Shown: piece after piece, positions 23,357 through 36,665 of the stretch
Layout: every line of letters starts with the position of its first letter
Position numbering within the stretch: position 1 is the first letter of the stretch
Assembly (NCBI RefSeq): GCF_963921235.1
Contig: NC_086107.1
Location: 114,082,001 to 114,146,000 of the forward strand
Direction of reading: 5' to 3'
DNA from: Mobula hypostoma
Taxonomy: Eukaryota
Length of the DNA: 64,000 nucleotides
Position numbers and translations under genes: made by a program
The notes under the pieces: generated by a model
What the model was told of the DNA's origin: nothing
The model's input: only the letters and a program-made list of their open reading frames with translations
Database searches by the model: none

Positions 23357-23468
23357 AAGAAAGACTCTGACCATGTATCCCATCTACTCTTCCGATGATT
23401 TTATATATTTCTATCAGGTCACCTGTCAGCCTCTGACACTCCGTAGAAAACAACCCAAGGATGTCTAA

Positions 23469-24820
23469 TTAACTTAACGTATTCTACGCAAGATTTGAAC
23501 AGAAGAGGAGCGTTCCCCTCCCTCCAGATGAACAGGACCTGGTGGCATCGAGATTCATCGTCACCGAGGAGGACGTTAGAGGGACCTTCCTGAAGATAAA
23601 TCCAAGGAAGGCGACGGGCCCAGATGGCGTCCCGGGACGGGTTCTCCGGGCCTGTGCAAGCAAGCTAGCTGGAGTGTTTGCTGACATCTTCAACTGCTCC
23701 TTGCTTCAGTCTAAGATCCCCTCGTGTTTTAAGAAGGCAACGATAATCCCAGTGCCGAAGAAGAGCAAGGTGGCATGCCTGAATGACTATCGACCTGTGA
23801 CTCTGACATCAATTGCTATGAAATGCTTCGAGAGACTGGTTATGGCACATATCAACCACAGCCAACCAGTCAACCTCGACGCTTTGCAATTCGCCTACCG
23901 GAGCAATGGGTCAACGGCAGATGCCATCTCTCTGGCCCTACATTCCTCCTTAGAACACCTGGAGAATAAAGACGCATACATAAGGCTCCTTTTCATTGAC
24001 TACAGCTCTGCCTTTAATACCATCATTCAAAATAAACTGATTCCTAACCTCTGGAACCTGGGCCTTAGCACTCAGATCTGCAGCTGGATCTTCAACTTCC
24101 TCACACACAGGACCCAGGCTGTAAAAATAGGGGACAAGCTCTCCTCTACAATCACTCTGAGCACCGGCGCCCCACAAGGCTGTGTACTCGGCCCCCTGCT
24201 GTACTCACTGTACACCCATGATTGTGTAGCCAAGCTTCCATCAAACTCAAAATATAACTTTGCTGATGACACAACAATTGCAGGCCGTATCTCGGGTAAT
24301 GATGAATTTGGGTACAGACAGAAAATTAAGCACCTGGTGGCATGGTGCGAAGACAATAACCTATCTCTCAATGTCAGCAAGACAAAGGAACTGGTTGTTG
24401 ACTTCAGAAGGAATAGCGGACCACAAAACCCAATTTACATCGGTGGTGCGCAAGTGGAACAGGTCAAAAGCTTTAAGTTCCTCGGGGTCAATATCACAAA
24501 TGACCTGACTTGGTCCAACCAAGCGGAGTCCACTGCCAAGAAGGCCCACCAGCGCCTTTATTTCCTGAGGAAAGTGAAGAAATTTAGCCTGTCCTCTAAA
24601 ACCCTCACTAATTTTTATAAATGCACCGTAGAAAGCCTTCTTCTAGGGTGCATCACAACCTGGTATGGAAGTTGCCTTGTCCAAGACCAGAAGAAGCTGC
24701 AGAAGATCGTGAACACGGCGCAACACATCACACAAACCAATCTTCCATCCTTGGACTCACTTGACACCACACGCTCAATTCTAGTATCAATTTTTTGGTG
24801 ACAATAAAGTATAAAGTATA
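23469..24820 (+). mobile_element. Rex1/Babar-clade LINE, 5'-truncated, with 3' internal deletion
   Basis: RT motifs and (ATAAAGT)n tail; absent at the matching sites near 28560 and 38220. Confidence 0.88.
23542..24801 (+). CDS. Rex1/Babar reverse transcriptase (partial)
   Basis: [66 protein letters not shown]. Confidence 0.88.
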   Translation: MASRFIVTEEDVRGTFLKINPRKATGPDGVPGRVLRACASKLAGVFADIFNCSLLQSKIPSCFKKATIIPVPKKSKVACLNDYRPVTLTSIAMKCFERLVMAHINHSQPVNLDALQFAYRSNGSTADAISLALHSSLEHLENKDAYIRLLFIDYSSAFNTIIQNKLIPNLWNLGLSTQICSWIFNFLTHRTQAVKIGDKLSSTITLSTGAPQGCVLGPLLYSLYTHDCVAKLPSNSKYNFADDTTIAGRISGNDEFGYRQKIKHLVAWCEDNNLSLNVSKTKELVVDFRRNSGPQNPIYIGGAQVEQVKSFKFLGVNITNDLTWSNQAESTAKKAHQRLYFLRKVKKFSLSSKTLTNFYKCTVESLLLGCITTWYGSCLVQDQKKLQKIVNTAQHITQTNLPSLDSLDTTRSILVSIFW

Positions 24821-25642
24821 ACCTCGCCTTTTCCGTGATCTCGCCAACCCAGGCTGCATTCTGGAAAACCTCTTCAGCACCCTCTCCAAAATCTCCACAC
24901 CCTTCTTGCAAATCAGGGCACCAGCACAGCACACCAAATGTGGCCAAACCAAGGCTTTCTATATTTCCTCTGGTGTTTGAGTGTAAGATCAGAGGATGCA
25001 GTCTTAGAATTGAGGGACATCCATTTAGAATGCAGATGAAGAGGAATTTCTTTAGCCAGAAAGTAAGAGAAACTGTGGAATTTGTTGGCACAGGCAGCGG
25101 TGGAGGCCAAGTCTTTATGTATATCAAAGGCAGAGGTTGACAGAGTCCTGACTGGTCAGGGCATGAATTGATACGGGGAGAAGGTAGGAGATTGGGGCTG
25201 AGAGGGAAAATGGATGAGCCATGAAGAAAAGGTGGAGGCGACTCAATAGGCCAAATGGCCTAATTCTGCTCCTATATCTTATGTTCTTAGTATATTCCAT
25301 CTGCCAATTCTCTGCCCATTCTCCCAATCAGTCTAAGAACTTTTTCAGACACCCTGCTTCCTTCACACTACCTGCCCTTTCACCTGTCTTCATATCGTCC
25401 GCAAACTGGGCCACAAAGCCATCAATTGCTTCATCTAAATCATTGCCATAACATGTGAAAAGTAGCTGTCCCAACACTGACCCCTGTGGAACATCATCAG
25501 TTACCAGCAGCCAACCAGAAAAGGCTCCCTTTATTCTAACTCTTTGCCTCCTGCCAGGCAGCCAATGTTCTATTCATGCTAATATCTTTCCTGTAATACC
25601 ATGGGCTCTTACCTTGTTAAGCAGCCTCATGTGTGGAACCTT

Positions 25643-26023
25643 GGACACAGGCCTCCGTGGTATCAAGGAGCGGTGTCCATTATTAAGGACCCCCATCACC
25701 CAACACATTTCCTCTTCTCATTGTTACTGTCAGGAAGGAGATACAGAAGCCTGAAGCAGACACCCAGAGTTTCAGGGACAACTTCTTCCCCTCTGCTATC
25801 TGATTCCTAAATGGGCATTGAACCCATGAACAGTTCCTCACTCTTTAAAATACATATTATTTCTGTTTTTGCGCTATTTTAAATTTAACTGTTTAATATA
25901 CATCTATATACTTAGTGCCATTGATGTACTTATTTTTCTCTGAATTCTCATGTATTGCATTGTACAGCTGCTGCTAAGTTAACAAATTTCGTGACATATA
26001 CCAGTGATAATAAACCTGATTCT
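25643..26023 (+). mobile_element. Old Rex1/Babar-like 3' fragment, part of the unit
   Basis: IIKDPHHPTHFLFSLLLSGRRYRSL ORF end and aataaacctgattct tail; copies at about 17011-17392 (minus), 29375-29755, 39035-39415 and 51085-51465. Confidence 0.75.
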
Positions 26024-27537
26024 CCTTTGTCTATCCTGCCTGTTATTTCCTGAAGGAATTCTAATGGAATTGTCAGACAAGATTTCCCCTTAAGGAAAAC
26101 ATGCTGTCTTTGGCCTATTTTATCATGTGCTTCCAAGTACCTCAAAACCTACCCTTAATAATAGACTCAAATATCTTACCAACCACTGAAGTCAGGCTAA
26201 CAGGACTATAATTTCCTTTCTTCTGCCTCTCTCCCTTCTTAAAGAGTGGAGTGACATTTGCAATTTTCCAGTTCTCCAGAACCATTCCAGATTCTAGTGG
26301 TTTTTGAAAGATCATTACTAATGCCTCCACAATCTTTTCACTAAATTCCTTCAGAACCCTGGGATGAAGTCCATCTGGTCCAGGTGACTTATCCACCTTC
26401 AGAACTTTCAGCTCCCAAGCACTCTCTTCTGTCCCTTGACACTTGCATTTTTGGCATTCAGCAAGTGTTTTCCACAGTGAAGACTGATGAAAAATATTTA
26501 TTAAGTTCATTGGCCATTTCTTTGTCTCTCATTACCACTACTCCAGCATTATTTTCCAGTGGTCCAATATCTGCTCTTTCACTCTTTATATGTATGAAAA
26601 GCTTTTGTATCCTCTTTGATGTTATTGTCTAGCTTGCTTTCATATTCAATCTTTTTATTCTCTATATAAATATTTTTAGTTGCCTTCTGTTGGTTTTAAA
26701 AGCTTTTCACCATTTTTTGTTATATGTCCTCTTTTTGGCTTTGAGTTTCCTTGTCAGCAATGGTTGCATTATCTTCTGCTTAGAACACTTCTTCATCATT
26801 GTGATTGATCTGCTCCTTCCGAATTGCCCCCAGAAACTCCAGATATTGTTGTTCTGGCGTCATCCCTGCTAATGTCCCTTTCCAGTCAAATGTGGCCAAC
26901 TCCTCCCTCAAGGCGCTGTTGCAAACCTTTTCTATTTCCTGTTGAATTTTATATCCCACAACCTGGCTATTGTTTGAGGCCTGAATGTATAAATCCCATT
27001 AGGGTTTTGTCACCGTTGGAGTTTCTTAGTCATAGTCATAGTCATAATTTATTAATCCTGGGTGAAATTGGTTAACTCTACCCACTACAATTTTACATCT
27101 TCTGACCTTATGTCACCTCTTTCTAAGGCTGTGATTTCATTTTGTTACTGAGGTTAAACCTCTGTACAAGGGGTTTGATGTGGAGATTGCTACCATGAAG
27201 AGCTTTCTGATCTTTCAGCCAGGACACTGATGTGTGATAATTTGGGTCTTGTGATACAAGAAACCCAGTCTGTGCAGAGTCCAGGCAAGTGTGATATCTC
27301 AACACAATCTCCATCGCTCACTCTCTGTGATCTAACACTGTTTTTGGTACCAGGAGCGCATCCCTTCTCTAAAATGTTTTTTGAATTGAACATTGAAATA
27401 GAATTTTCATAAGGACGCATAAGGACCCAAAATGTACACAGTCACTCAGATTGCGAGCTCCAGAGAGACCTGGGTGTACACACTCATACACTGGCAGAGA
27501 AATGTGTGAGATGTTCAAACACACAGACACAGACACA

Positions 27538-27580
<43 letters not shown>

Positions 27581-27666
27581 GTACAAACAGACAGACACAC
27601 ACACACACGCGCGTACAAACAGACAGACACACACACACATACACACACACACTCACACTCACACAT

Positions 27667-27714
<48 letters not shown>

Positions 27715-28058
27715 CACACTGTGAAGGTGATGTGAAGCAGCTCATCACAAAGTACAACTCTGGGCTGTGACGACTGCTGCTACCACGTCCCCATCAACAC
27801 TCTGTACGTTATATTTACTCTGCAGTCTAGACTGAATTTCACAAGTTCAGTGCCCCCATCATAGTAACAGAAGTAATATTCCCAGTTAAAGGCCCTTCAG
27901 TACCTGGTCTGAAACATTACCTCTGTTCCACTCTCCCGATTGAGAGAGTTTCTTTAGAACACAGAAGGAACAGGTGCTTCGATCCATCAGCTTTGCCCAC
28001 TCACCCTAAACCTATGCCCTCTAGTACCTGACATTTCCATCAAGGGGAAGAAAGACTC

Positions 28059-28453
28059 ACCTCCAAGCCAACCACGACCCTGTCGAAGGGTTTGGTAGCT
28101 TGCGTGCCCTAATGACCCAGAGAGCTACTCTGGCTGGAGTCAGGGCTTTATGCTTTGGCTCTTGGTGGGGTCACCCATAGCAAACAGGTCAAAGGGTAGA
28201 GGCCAGACTAAGAGTGGTCCACTGACAACCCTGGCTGATCAAACAGAACTGTTACAGAAACAGCAGTGAAGAGCCTTTCTACATCTGAGTGTGACGGTAT
28301 TCCTGAGTCTCCACCCCGAGACTCGCATGAGTGACAGTAGTGAAAACCGAGAGGAAGCCACCGGCATGATGAAGGAAGCCCTGAACACCACCAGAGATGG
28401 GGAACCTTCATTGCTGCCTGAAACACCAGTGGTGTAACGGGCAGTCAGTAAGT
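28059..28453 (+). mobile_element. Short RTE-like element (copy C)
   Basis: Same sequence and AAGAAAGACTC flanks as 22963-23356. Confidence 0.65.
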
Positions 28454-29879
28454 AAGAAAGACTCTGACCATGTATCCCATCTACTCTTCCGATGATTTTA
28501 TATATTTCTATCAGGTCACCTGTCAGCCTCTGACACTCCGTAGAAAACAACCCAAGTTTGTCTAACCTGATCCTGCCAACCCAGGCTGCATTCTAGGGAA
28601 CCTCTTCAGCGACCTCTCCAAAATCTTCACACCCTTCTTGCAAATCAGGGCACCAGCACAGCACACCAAATGTGGCCAAACCAAAGCTTTCGATATTTCC
28701 TCTGGTGTTTGAGTGTAAGATCAGAGGATGCAGCCTTAGAATTGAGGGACATCCATTTAGAATGCAGATGAAAAGGAATTTCTTTAGCCAGAGAGTGAGT
28801 GAAACTGTGGAATTTGTTGGCACAGGCAGCTGTGGAGGCCAAGTCTTTATGTATATTTAAGGCAGAGGTTTACAAAGTCCTTATTGGTCAGGGCATGAAT
28901 TGATAGGGAGAGAAGGCAGGAGATTGGGGCTGAGAGGGAAAATGGATGAGCCATGAAGAAAAGGTGGAGTTGACTCAATAGGCCAAATGGCCTAATTCTG
29001 CTCCTATATCTTATGTTCTTATTATATTCCATCTGCCAATTCTCTGTCCATTCTCCCAATCAGTCTAAGACCTTTTTCAGACACCCTGCTTCCTTCACAC
29101 TACCTGCCCTTCCACCTGTCTTCATATCGTCCACAGGCTGGGCAACAAAGCCATCAATTGCTTCATCTAAATCATTGCCATAACATGTGAAAAGTAGCTG
29201 TCCCAACACTGACCCCTGCAGAACACCATCAGTTACCAGCAGCAAACCAGAAAAGGCTCCCTTTATTCTAACTCTTTGCCTCCTGCCAGGCAGCCAATGT
29301 TCTATCCATGCTAATATCTTTCCTGTAATACCATGGGCTCTTACCTTGTTAAGCAGCCTCATGTGTGGAACCTTGGGCACAGGCCTCCGTGGTATCGAGG
29401 TGCGGTGTCCATTATTAAGGACCCCCATCACCCAACACATTTCCTCTTCTCATTGTTACTGTCAGGAAGGAGATACAGAAGCCTGAAGCAGACACTCAGA
29501 GTTTCAGGGACAACTTCTTCCCCTCTGCTATCTGATTCCTAAATGGGCATTGAACCCATGAACAGTTCCTCACTCTTTAAAATACATATTATTTCTGTTT
29601 TTGCACTATTTTAAATTTAACTGTTTAATATACTTCTATATACTTACTGTCAGTGATGTACTTATTTTTCTCTGAATTGTCATGTATTGCATTGTACTGC
29701 TGCTGCTAAGTTAACAAGTTTCGTGACATATACCAGTGATAATAAACCTGACTCTCCTTTGTCTATCCTGCCTGTTATTCCCTTAAGGAATTCTAATGGA
29801 ATTGTCAGACAAGATTTCCCCTTAAGGAAACCATGCTGTCTTTGGCCTATTTTATCATGTGCTTCCAAGTACCTCGAAA

Positions 29880-31418
29880 CCTAGCCCTGACAGAATATTC
29901 CCCAGGCTGCTCCACGAGGCGAGGGAAGAGATTGCTGAACCTCTGGCTAGGATCTTTATGTCCTCGTTGTCCACGGGAATGGTACCGGAGGATTGGAGGG
30001 AGGCCAATGTTGCCCCTTTGTTCAAAAAAGGTAGTAGGGATAGTCTGAGTAATTATAGACCAGTGAGCCTTACGTCTGTGGTGGGAAAGCTGTTGGATAA
30101 GATTCTTAGAGATAGGATCTCTGGGCATTTAGAGAATCATGGTCTGATCAGGGACAGTCAGCATGGCTTTGTGAAGGGCAGATCATGTCTAACAAGCCTG
30201 ATAGAGTTCTTTGAGGAGGTGACCAGGCATATAGATGAGGGTAGTGCAGTGGATGTGATCTATATGGATTTTAGTAAGGCATTTGACAAGGTTCCACACG
30301 GTAGGCTTATTCAGAAAGTTAGAAGGCATGGGATCCAGGGAAGTTTGGCCAGGTGGATTCAGAATTGGCTTGCCTGCAGAAGGCAGAGGGTGGTGGTGGA
30401 GGGAGTACATTCGGTTTGGAGGATTGTGACTAGTTGTGTCGCACAAGGATTGGTTCTGGGACCTCTACTTTTTGTGATTTTTATTAACGTCCTGGATGTG
30501 GAGGTAGAAGGGTGGGTTGGCAAGTTTGCAGATGACACAAAGGTTGGTGGTGTTGCAGATAGTGTAGAGGATTGTCGAAGATTACAGAGAGACATTGATA
30601 GGATGCAAAAGTGGCAGATGGAGTTCAACCCGGAGAAGTGTGAGGTGGTACACTTTGGAAGGACAAACTCCAAGGCAGAGTACAAACTAAATGGCAGGAT
30701 ATTTGGTAGTGTGGAGGAGCAGAGGGATCTGGGGATACATATCCACAGATTCCTGAAAGTTGCCTCACAGGTGGACAGGGTAGTTAAGAAAGCTTATGGG
30801 GCGTTAGCTTTCATAAGTAGAGGGATAGAGTTTAAGAGTCGCGATGTAATGATGCAGCTCTATAAAACTCTGGTTAGGCCACACTTGGAGTACTGTGTCC
30901 AGTTCTGGTCACCACACTATAGGAAGGATGTGGAAGCATTGGAAAGGGTACAGAGGAGATTTACCAGGATGCTGCCTGGTTTAGAGAGTATGCATGCTGA
31001 TCAGAGATTAAGGGAGCTAGGGCTTTACTCTTTGGAGAGAAGGAGGATGAGAGGAGACATGATAGACGTATACAAGATAATAAGAGGAATAGATAGAGTG
31101 GATAGCCAGCACCTCTTCCCCAGGGCACCACTGCTCAATACAAGAGAATATGGCTTTAAGGTAAGGGGTGGGAAGTTCAAGGGATATTAGAGGAAGGTTT
31201 TTTACTCAGAGATAGGTTGGTGCGTGGAATGCACTGCCTGAGTCAGTGGTGGAGGCAGATACACTAGTGAAGTTTAAGAGACTACTAGACCGGTATATGG
31301 AGGATTTAAGGTGGGGGCTTATATGGGAGGCAGGGTTTGAGGGTCAGCACAACATTTGTGGGCCGAAAGGCCAGTACTGTGCTGTACTATTCTATGTTCT
31401 ATGTTCTATGTTCTATGT
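29880..31418 (+). mobile_element. 5'-truncated CR1 LINE with (TTCTATG)n tail
   Basis: ORF 29859..31190 RT motifs; empty site aaacctacccttaataatagactc at about 26145-26168. Confidence 0.93.
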
Positions 31419-33351
31419 TTAATAACAGACTCAAATAACTTACCAACTACTGAGGTCAGGCTGACAAGCCTATAATTTCCTTTCTTCTGCCTCTCTCCCT
31501 TCTTAAAGAGTGAAGTGACATTTGCAATTTTCCTGTCCTCCAGAACCATTCCAGATTCCAGTGGTTTTTGTAAGATCATTACTAATGCCTCCTCAATCTT
31601 TTCACTAAATTCTTTCAGAACCCTGGGATGAAGTCCATCTGGTCCAGGTGACTTATCTACCTTCAGAACTTTCAGCTTCGCAAGCACTCTCTTCTGTCCC
31701 TTGACACTTGTATTTTTGGCATTCTGCTAGAGTTTTCCACAGTGAAGACTGATGCAAAATATTTATTAAATTCGTTCGCCTTTTCTTTGTCTCTCATTAC
31801 CACTACTCCAGCATTATTTTCCAGTAGTCCAATATCTGCTCTTTTACTCTTCATATGTATGAAAAATCTTTGTATCCTCTTTGATGTTATTGTCTAGCTT
31901 GCTTTCATATTTAATCTTTTTGCTCCATATATATATTTGTTTTTCGTTGCATTCTATTGGTTTTCAAAACTTCCAAATCCTCAGAAAAGCTTCCCACTAT
32001 TTCTTGTTACGTTATGTGTCCTCTTTTTGACTTTGACATCCCTTGTCAGCCATGGTTGCATTATATTCTTTTTAGAATACTTCTTCGTCTTTGTAATCGA
32101 TCTGCTCCTTCCGAATTGCCCCCAGAAACTCCAGACATTGTTGTTCTGGCATCATCCCTGCTAATGTCCCCTTCCAGACAAATGTGGCCAACTCCTCTCT
32201 CCAGGCGCTGTTACAAGCCTTTTCTATTTCCTGTTGAATTTTATATCCCAAAACCCGGCTATTGTTCGAGGCTTATACGTATAAATCCCATCAGGGTCTT
32301 TTCCCCGTTGCACTTTCTTAACTCTACCCATAACGATTCTACATCTTCCGATCTTATGTCACCTCTTTCTAAGACTTTGATTTCATTTTATACCAACAGA
32401 ACAACCCCACCCCGACGTATTACCCACTGGGTTCCAGAGGTGTCTGACTTTCCCAATGTTTCTGACCTCCAGAAACAGCCTGTGAGTCTGGGGAAACGGC
32501 CTGGGGCTGGAAAATTAGCACCATGAATGGACAGCCCGGACCCCACCACACACTCCCTCACTGAGGACTTGACGCTCGAGCAGGTGGGCTCAGCTCGGCC
32601 TGGAAACAAGACAGACACCTGGCTGAAGGTGACCTGGGCCTAAGCTCTCATGTTGGACACTAGGCCCAAACCTGGCTGATGACCAAACTGGGGATCAAGC
32701 CGGAGATCAGTACTGGAGCTTTCAGTCCTGTGTCCCGAGGCCAGCAGAGACAGCAACGGCCAATCCAAGTTTTGGGTTCTGAGCGAATAAAGTGAAAACT
32801 GAGAGCTGGGTAGAGCAGCCCAACAGCACTTGGGCTGAGCTGGAGACAGTCAGCTTCAGGGTAGAACAACGGCTGTGAGCCCAGACATGAGACTGCCAAG
32901 AGGTGATTATGTTGGAGATTGTCAGGCTGACAGTAGAACAAGAGCTCTGAGCAGTCTCAAGGGGAGATCGTTCTGCCAACTGGTGTACTTGGGTGCAGAG
33001 AATGAGCAGTAAAGAAGGCCGAAGCCTGTGACCTGGGCCCAAAATCAGCTTGTAGTCAAAGTTTGACTTAAAAATAAAATTCAAAATAAAACAAGTTATT
33101 TGCACAGCCTCAAACTAATCTCGACCAGCATCAGTGTTGGTGCTGAGGGGCGCGATAATTTAGAGGCAGTGGTTAGCAGGTCTGAAGTCTCAAAAACTGC
33201 AGCATGACACCAGAAAAGTTATAAACAAACAAAAACGAGCAAGGGGGAGAGGAGATAGTGTGGGGCGAAACAGCACCTGGACACAAAAATAACCAGGGCA
33301 CAGAAAGATCAAAATAGCCCACTGCAGAGCAACATAGACAGCAGTGAGGGC

Positions 33352-34891
33352 ACAGGTCTCCCCATGAGGCAGAGAGGGACTGAGAGACACCGGTCAGTGT
33401 ACAGATCTCCCCCTGAGAGAGAGGGACTGGGAGACACCAGTCAGTGTACAGATCTCCCCCTGAGAGAGAGGGACTGAGAGACACCGGTCAGTGTACAGGT
33501 CTCCCCCTGAGAGAGAAGGACTGAGAGACACCGGTCAGTGTACAGATCTCCCCCTGAGAGAGAGGGACTGAGAGACATGGTCAGTGTACAGATCTGTCTC
33601 TGAGAGAGAGGGACTGAGAGACACCGGTCAGTGTACAGATCTCCTGCTGAGAGAGAGGGACTGAGAGACACCGGTCAGTGTACAGATCTCCCCTGAGAGA
33701 GAGGGACTGAGAGACATGGTCAGTGTACAGATCTCCCCCTGAGAGAGAGGGACTGAGAGACACCAGTGAGTGTACAGATCTCCCCCTGAGAGAGAGGGAC
33801 TGAGAGACACCGGTCAGTGTACAGATCTGTCTCTGAGAGAGAGGGACTGAGAGACATGGTCAGTGTACAGATCTCCCCCTGAGAGACAGGGACTGAGAGA
33901 CACCGGTGAGTGTACAGATCTCCCCCTGAGAGAGAGGGACTGAGAGACATGGTCAGTGTACAGATCTGTCTCTGAGAGAGAGGGACTGAGAGACACGGGT
34001 CAGTGTACAGATCTCCCCCTGAGAGAGAGGGACTGAGAGACACCAGTCAGTGTACAGGTCTCCCCCTGAGAGAGAGGGACTGAGAGACACCGGTCAGTGT
34101 ACAGATCTCCCCCTGAGAGAGAGGGACTGAGAGACATGGTCAGTGTACAGATCTCCCCCTGAGAGAAAGGGACTGAGAGACACTGGTGAGAGTACAGATC
34201 TCCCCCTGAGAGTGAGGGACTGAGAGACACCGGTCAGTGTACAGATCTCCCCCTGAGAGAAAGGGACTGAGAGACACTGGTGAGAGTACAGATCTCCCCC
34301 TGAGAGTGAGGGACTGAGAGACACCGGTCAGTGTACAGATCTCCCCTAAGAGAGAGGGACTGAGAGGCACGGGTCAGTGTACAGATCTCCCCCTGAGAGA
34401 GAAGGACTGAGAGACACCGGTCAGTGTACAGATCTCCCCCTGAGAGAGAGGGACTGAGAGACATGGTCAGTGTACAGATCTGTCTCTGAGAGAGAGGGAC
34501 TGAGAGACACGGGTCAGTGTACAGATCTCCCCCTGAGAGAGAGGGACTGAGAGACACCAGTCAGTGTACAGATCTCCCACTGAGAGAGAGAGACTGAGAG
34601 ACACTAGTCAGTGTACAGATCTCCCCCGTGAACGAGGGACTGAGAGACACTGGTCAGTGTACAGATCTCCCCCTGAGAGAGAGGGACTGAGAGACACCAG
34701 TCAGTGTACAGATCTCCCCCTGAGAGAGAGGGACTGAGAGACACCGGTCAGTGTACAGTTCTCCCCCTGAGAGAGATGGACTGAGAGACACAGTCAGTGT
34801 ACAGATCTCCCCTTGAGAGAGAGGGACTGAGTGACACCAGTCAGTGTACAGATTTCCCCCTGAGAGAGAGGGACTGAGAAACACCGGTCAG
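33352..34891 (+). repeat. 47-bp satellite array
   Basis: Tandem ccggtcagtgtacagatctccccctgagagagagggactgagagaca; period 47 (cagtgt at 33395 and 33442) with 46-bp variants. Confidence 0.97.
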
Positions 34892-36291
34892 CATATTTCC
34901 CTCTAAGCTCTGCGTCACACACACGTTTTTCAACCAACGCAGAAAAGAAATTAATGTGCGCACAAAAGGTTTGTTACCTAAAATAATGTCGTAATTAATA
35001 ATTATACTTATTGAGAATAATCTTTTAGCTGACTGTTTCTGTTAGGTAGTTAGTTGGTTTTTCAAATACCACAATGTGCGTCACTAATTTACGTCGCCTT
35101 ACCTTTCCTGTTCTGGTTTGTACAGCTGCATCACGGCGGCAGCCATGTTTGGCGGACAGTGTTCATATTGTAAAGTTTACAAAGATCTGTTTCAAATCCT
35201 GTCGATAGCTCATTATCAGAAAAAATACTGATTCACAAAGTCGAATGCAAAAGAAGCGAAGGGCATGAAGCGCAAAAGAACCGCAAATTTGTTTAAAGTT
35301 GAATGGCTTCACAAAATAGTAGAAACTGCTACACCGAAAGCTCATGAGGTCATGAACATTCAGCTACAAGAAATATTTATGTGTGATTCTGAAACTGGAG
35401 TTATCTGTTTGTATTATCATGATGTGAAAGTTGCTGGGAATTTGCTAGTGGAAAGAAGTGGGATGATATTTGGAAACTTGACTTTTTGAAGCATCATTTG
35501 GCAAGTAAATCGCATTTGGACGGTGTACAAAAGCTCAGGCAACAGAACCTGTCATTACCCCTTACTGGAGTGCTACGCATGTTACAGTTGAGTGCAGATG
35601 AGCGAGAGCGAAAACCTAGAGGAGGTCAAAGTTGACGTTCAAGAATGGTCAGCTTTTGATTCCTTCGCAATTGCAGATTGTGACTTCACATTTGGCGATG
35701 AACCAGTTAATGCCTTATTTCTAAAATATCATGATTTTCTAGCTAAAAATACTGTAATAGTTATATAGTTTAATGATTTCAACTTTTCCGTGCAAGAAAA
35801 AATTAAATCCAAACCAATTTCAAACTATGCTCAAATGGTGGCATTTGTACTTCAAAATGAACAGTTTTGCGACCATGCACAGCTGATGGTCATTGGGGGA
35901 ACCTTTTTTACGTCTAGTGCTGACTGTGAGCGAGTTTATAGCCTAATGAATCAACTCAAAAACAAGCTGAGAAACCTTTTAGGTGAATGTCATTTGGATA
36001 TGTTAATGACAATCAAAAGCTATCAACTGGATGGAAGTTCTATTAGTCGAGATTGAGTTTACAAAGAATGGGTAAATGCCAAAGACAGGAGAGAGATAAA
36101 GTAACTCAGTTACTTAAATATGTAAGTTATTTTCTTGTTATTCTGTGCAGTTTTATGTCAAATATTTTGTAAACCTGCATAAACTGTACCATGTGTGCAT
36201 TCAGTGCGCACATACTGTTGTCACAGGAAAAACATTTGCAAAACATAATATTTTTGCGCACACTGACTACTAAAAATTAGAGTGAACATTG
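34892..36291 (+). mobile_element. Internally deleted hAT DNA transposon
   Basis: 8-bp direct repeat CCGGTCAG (34884-34891, 36292-36299); imperfect TIRs catatttccctctaa / ttagagtgaacattg; C-terminal SSADCERVYSLMNQLKNKLRN hAT dimerisation-like motif. Confidence 0.88.
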
Positions 36292-36665
36292 CCGGTCAGT
36301 GTACAGATCTCCCCCTGAGAGAGAGGGACTGAGAGACACCGGTCAGTGTACAGATCTCCCCTGAGAGAGAGGGACTGAGAGACACCGGTCAGTGTACAGA
36401 TCTCCCCCTGAGAGAGAGGGACTGAGAAACACCGGTCAGTGCACAGATCTCCCCTGAGAGAGAGGGACTGAGAGACACCGGTCAGTGTACAGATCTCCCC
36501 CTGAGAGAGAGGGACTGAGAGACACCGGTCAGTGTACAGATCTCCCCTGAGAGAGAGGGACTGAGAGACACCGGACAGTGTACAGATCTGTCTCTGAGAG
36601 AGAGGGACTGAGACATGGTCAGTGTACAGATCTCCCCTGAGAGAGAGGGACTCAGAGACACCGGT
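36292..36665 (+). repeat. 47-bp satellite array
   Basis: About 8 monomers continuing after the hAT element. Confidence 0.96.

Larger units (their letters stand above)
22195..27140 (+). repeat. Copy B: short composite unit (about 3.6 kb plus Rex insert)
   Basis: Colinear with 27141-32385 apart from insertions; lacks the satellite/hAT half. Confidence 0.9.

Noticed and set aside
33441..34884. Repeat proteins (MSLSPSLSGGDLYTDRCL...)
   Set aside because: Translations of a 47-bp satellite; the period is not a multiple of 3 and stops recur.
33352..36665. CRISPR array
   Set aside because: Monomers are contiguous with no unique spacers, there are no cas genes, and the context is vertebrate-like.
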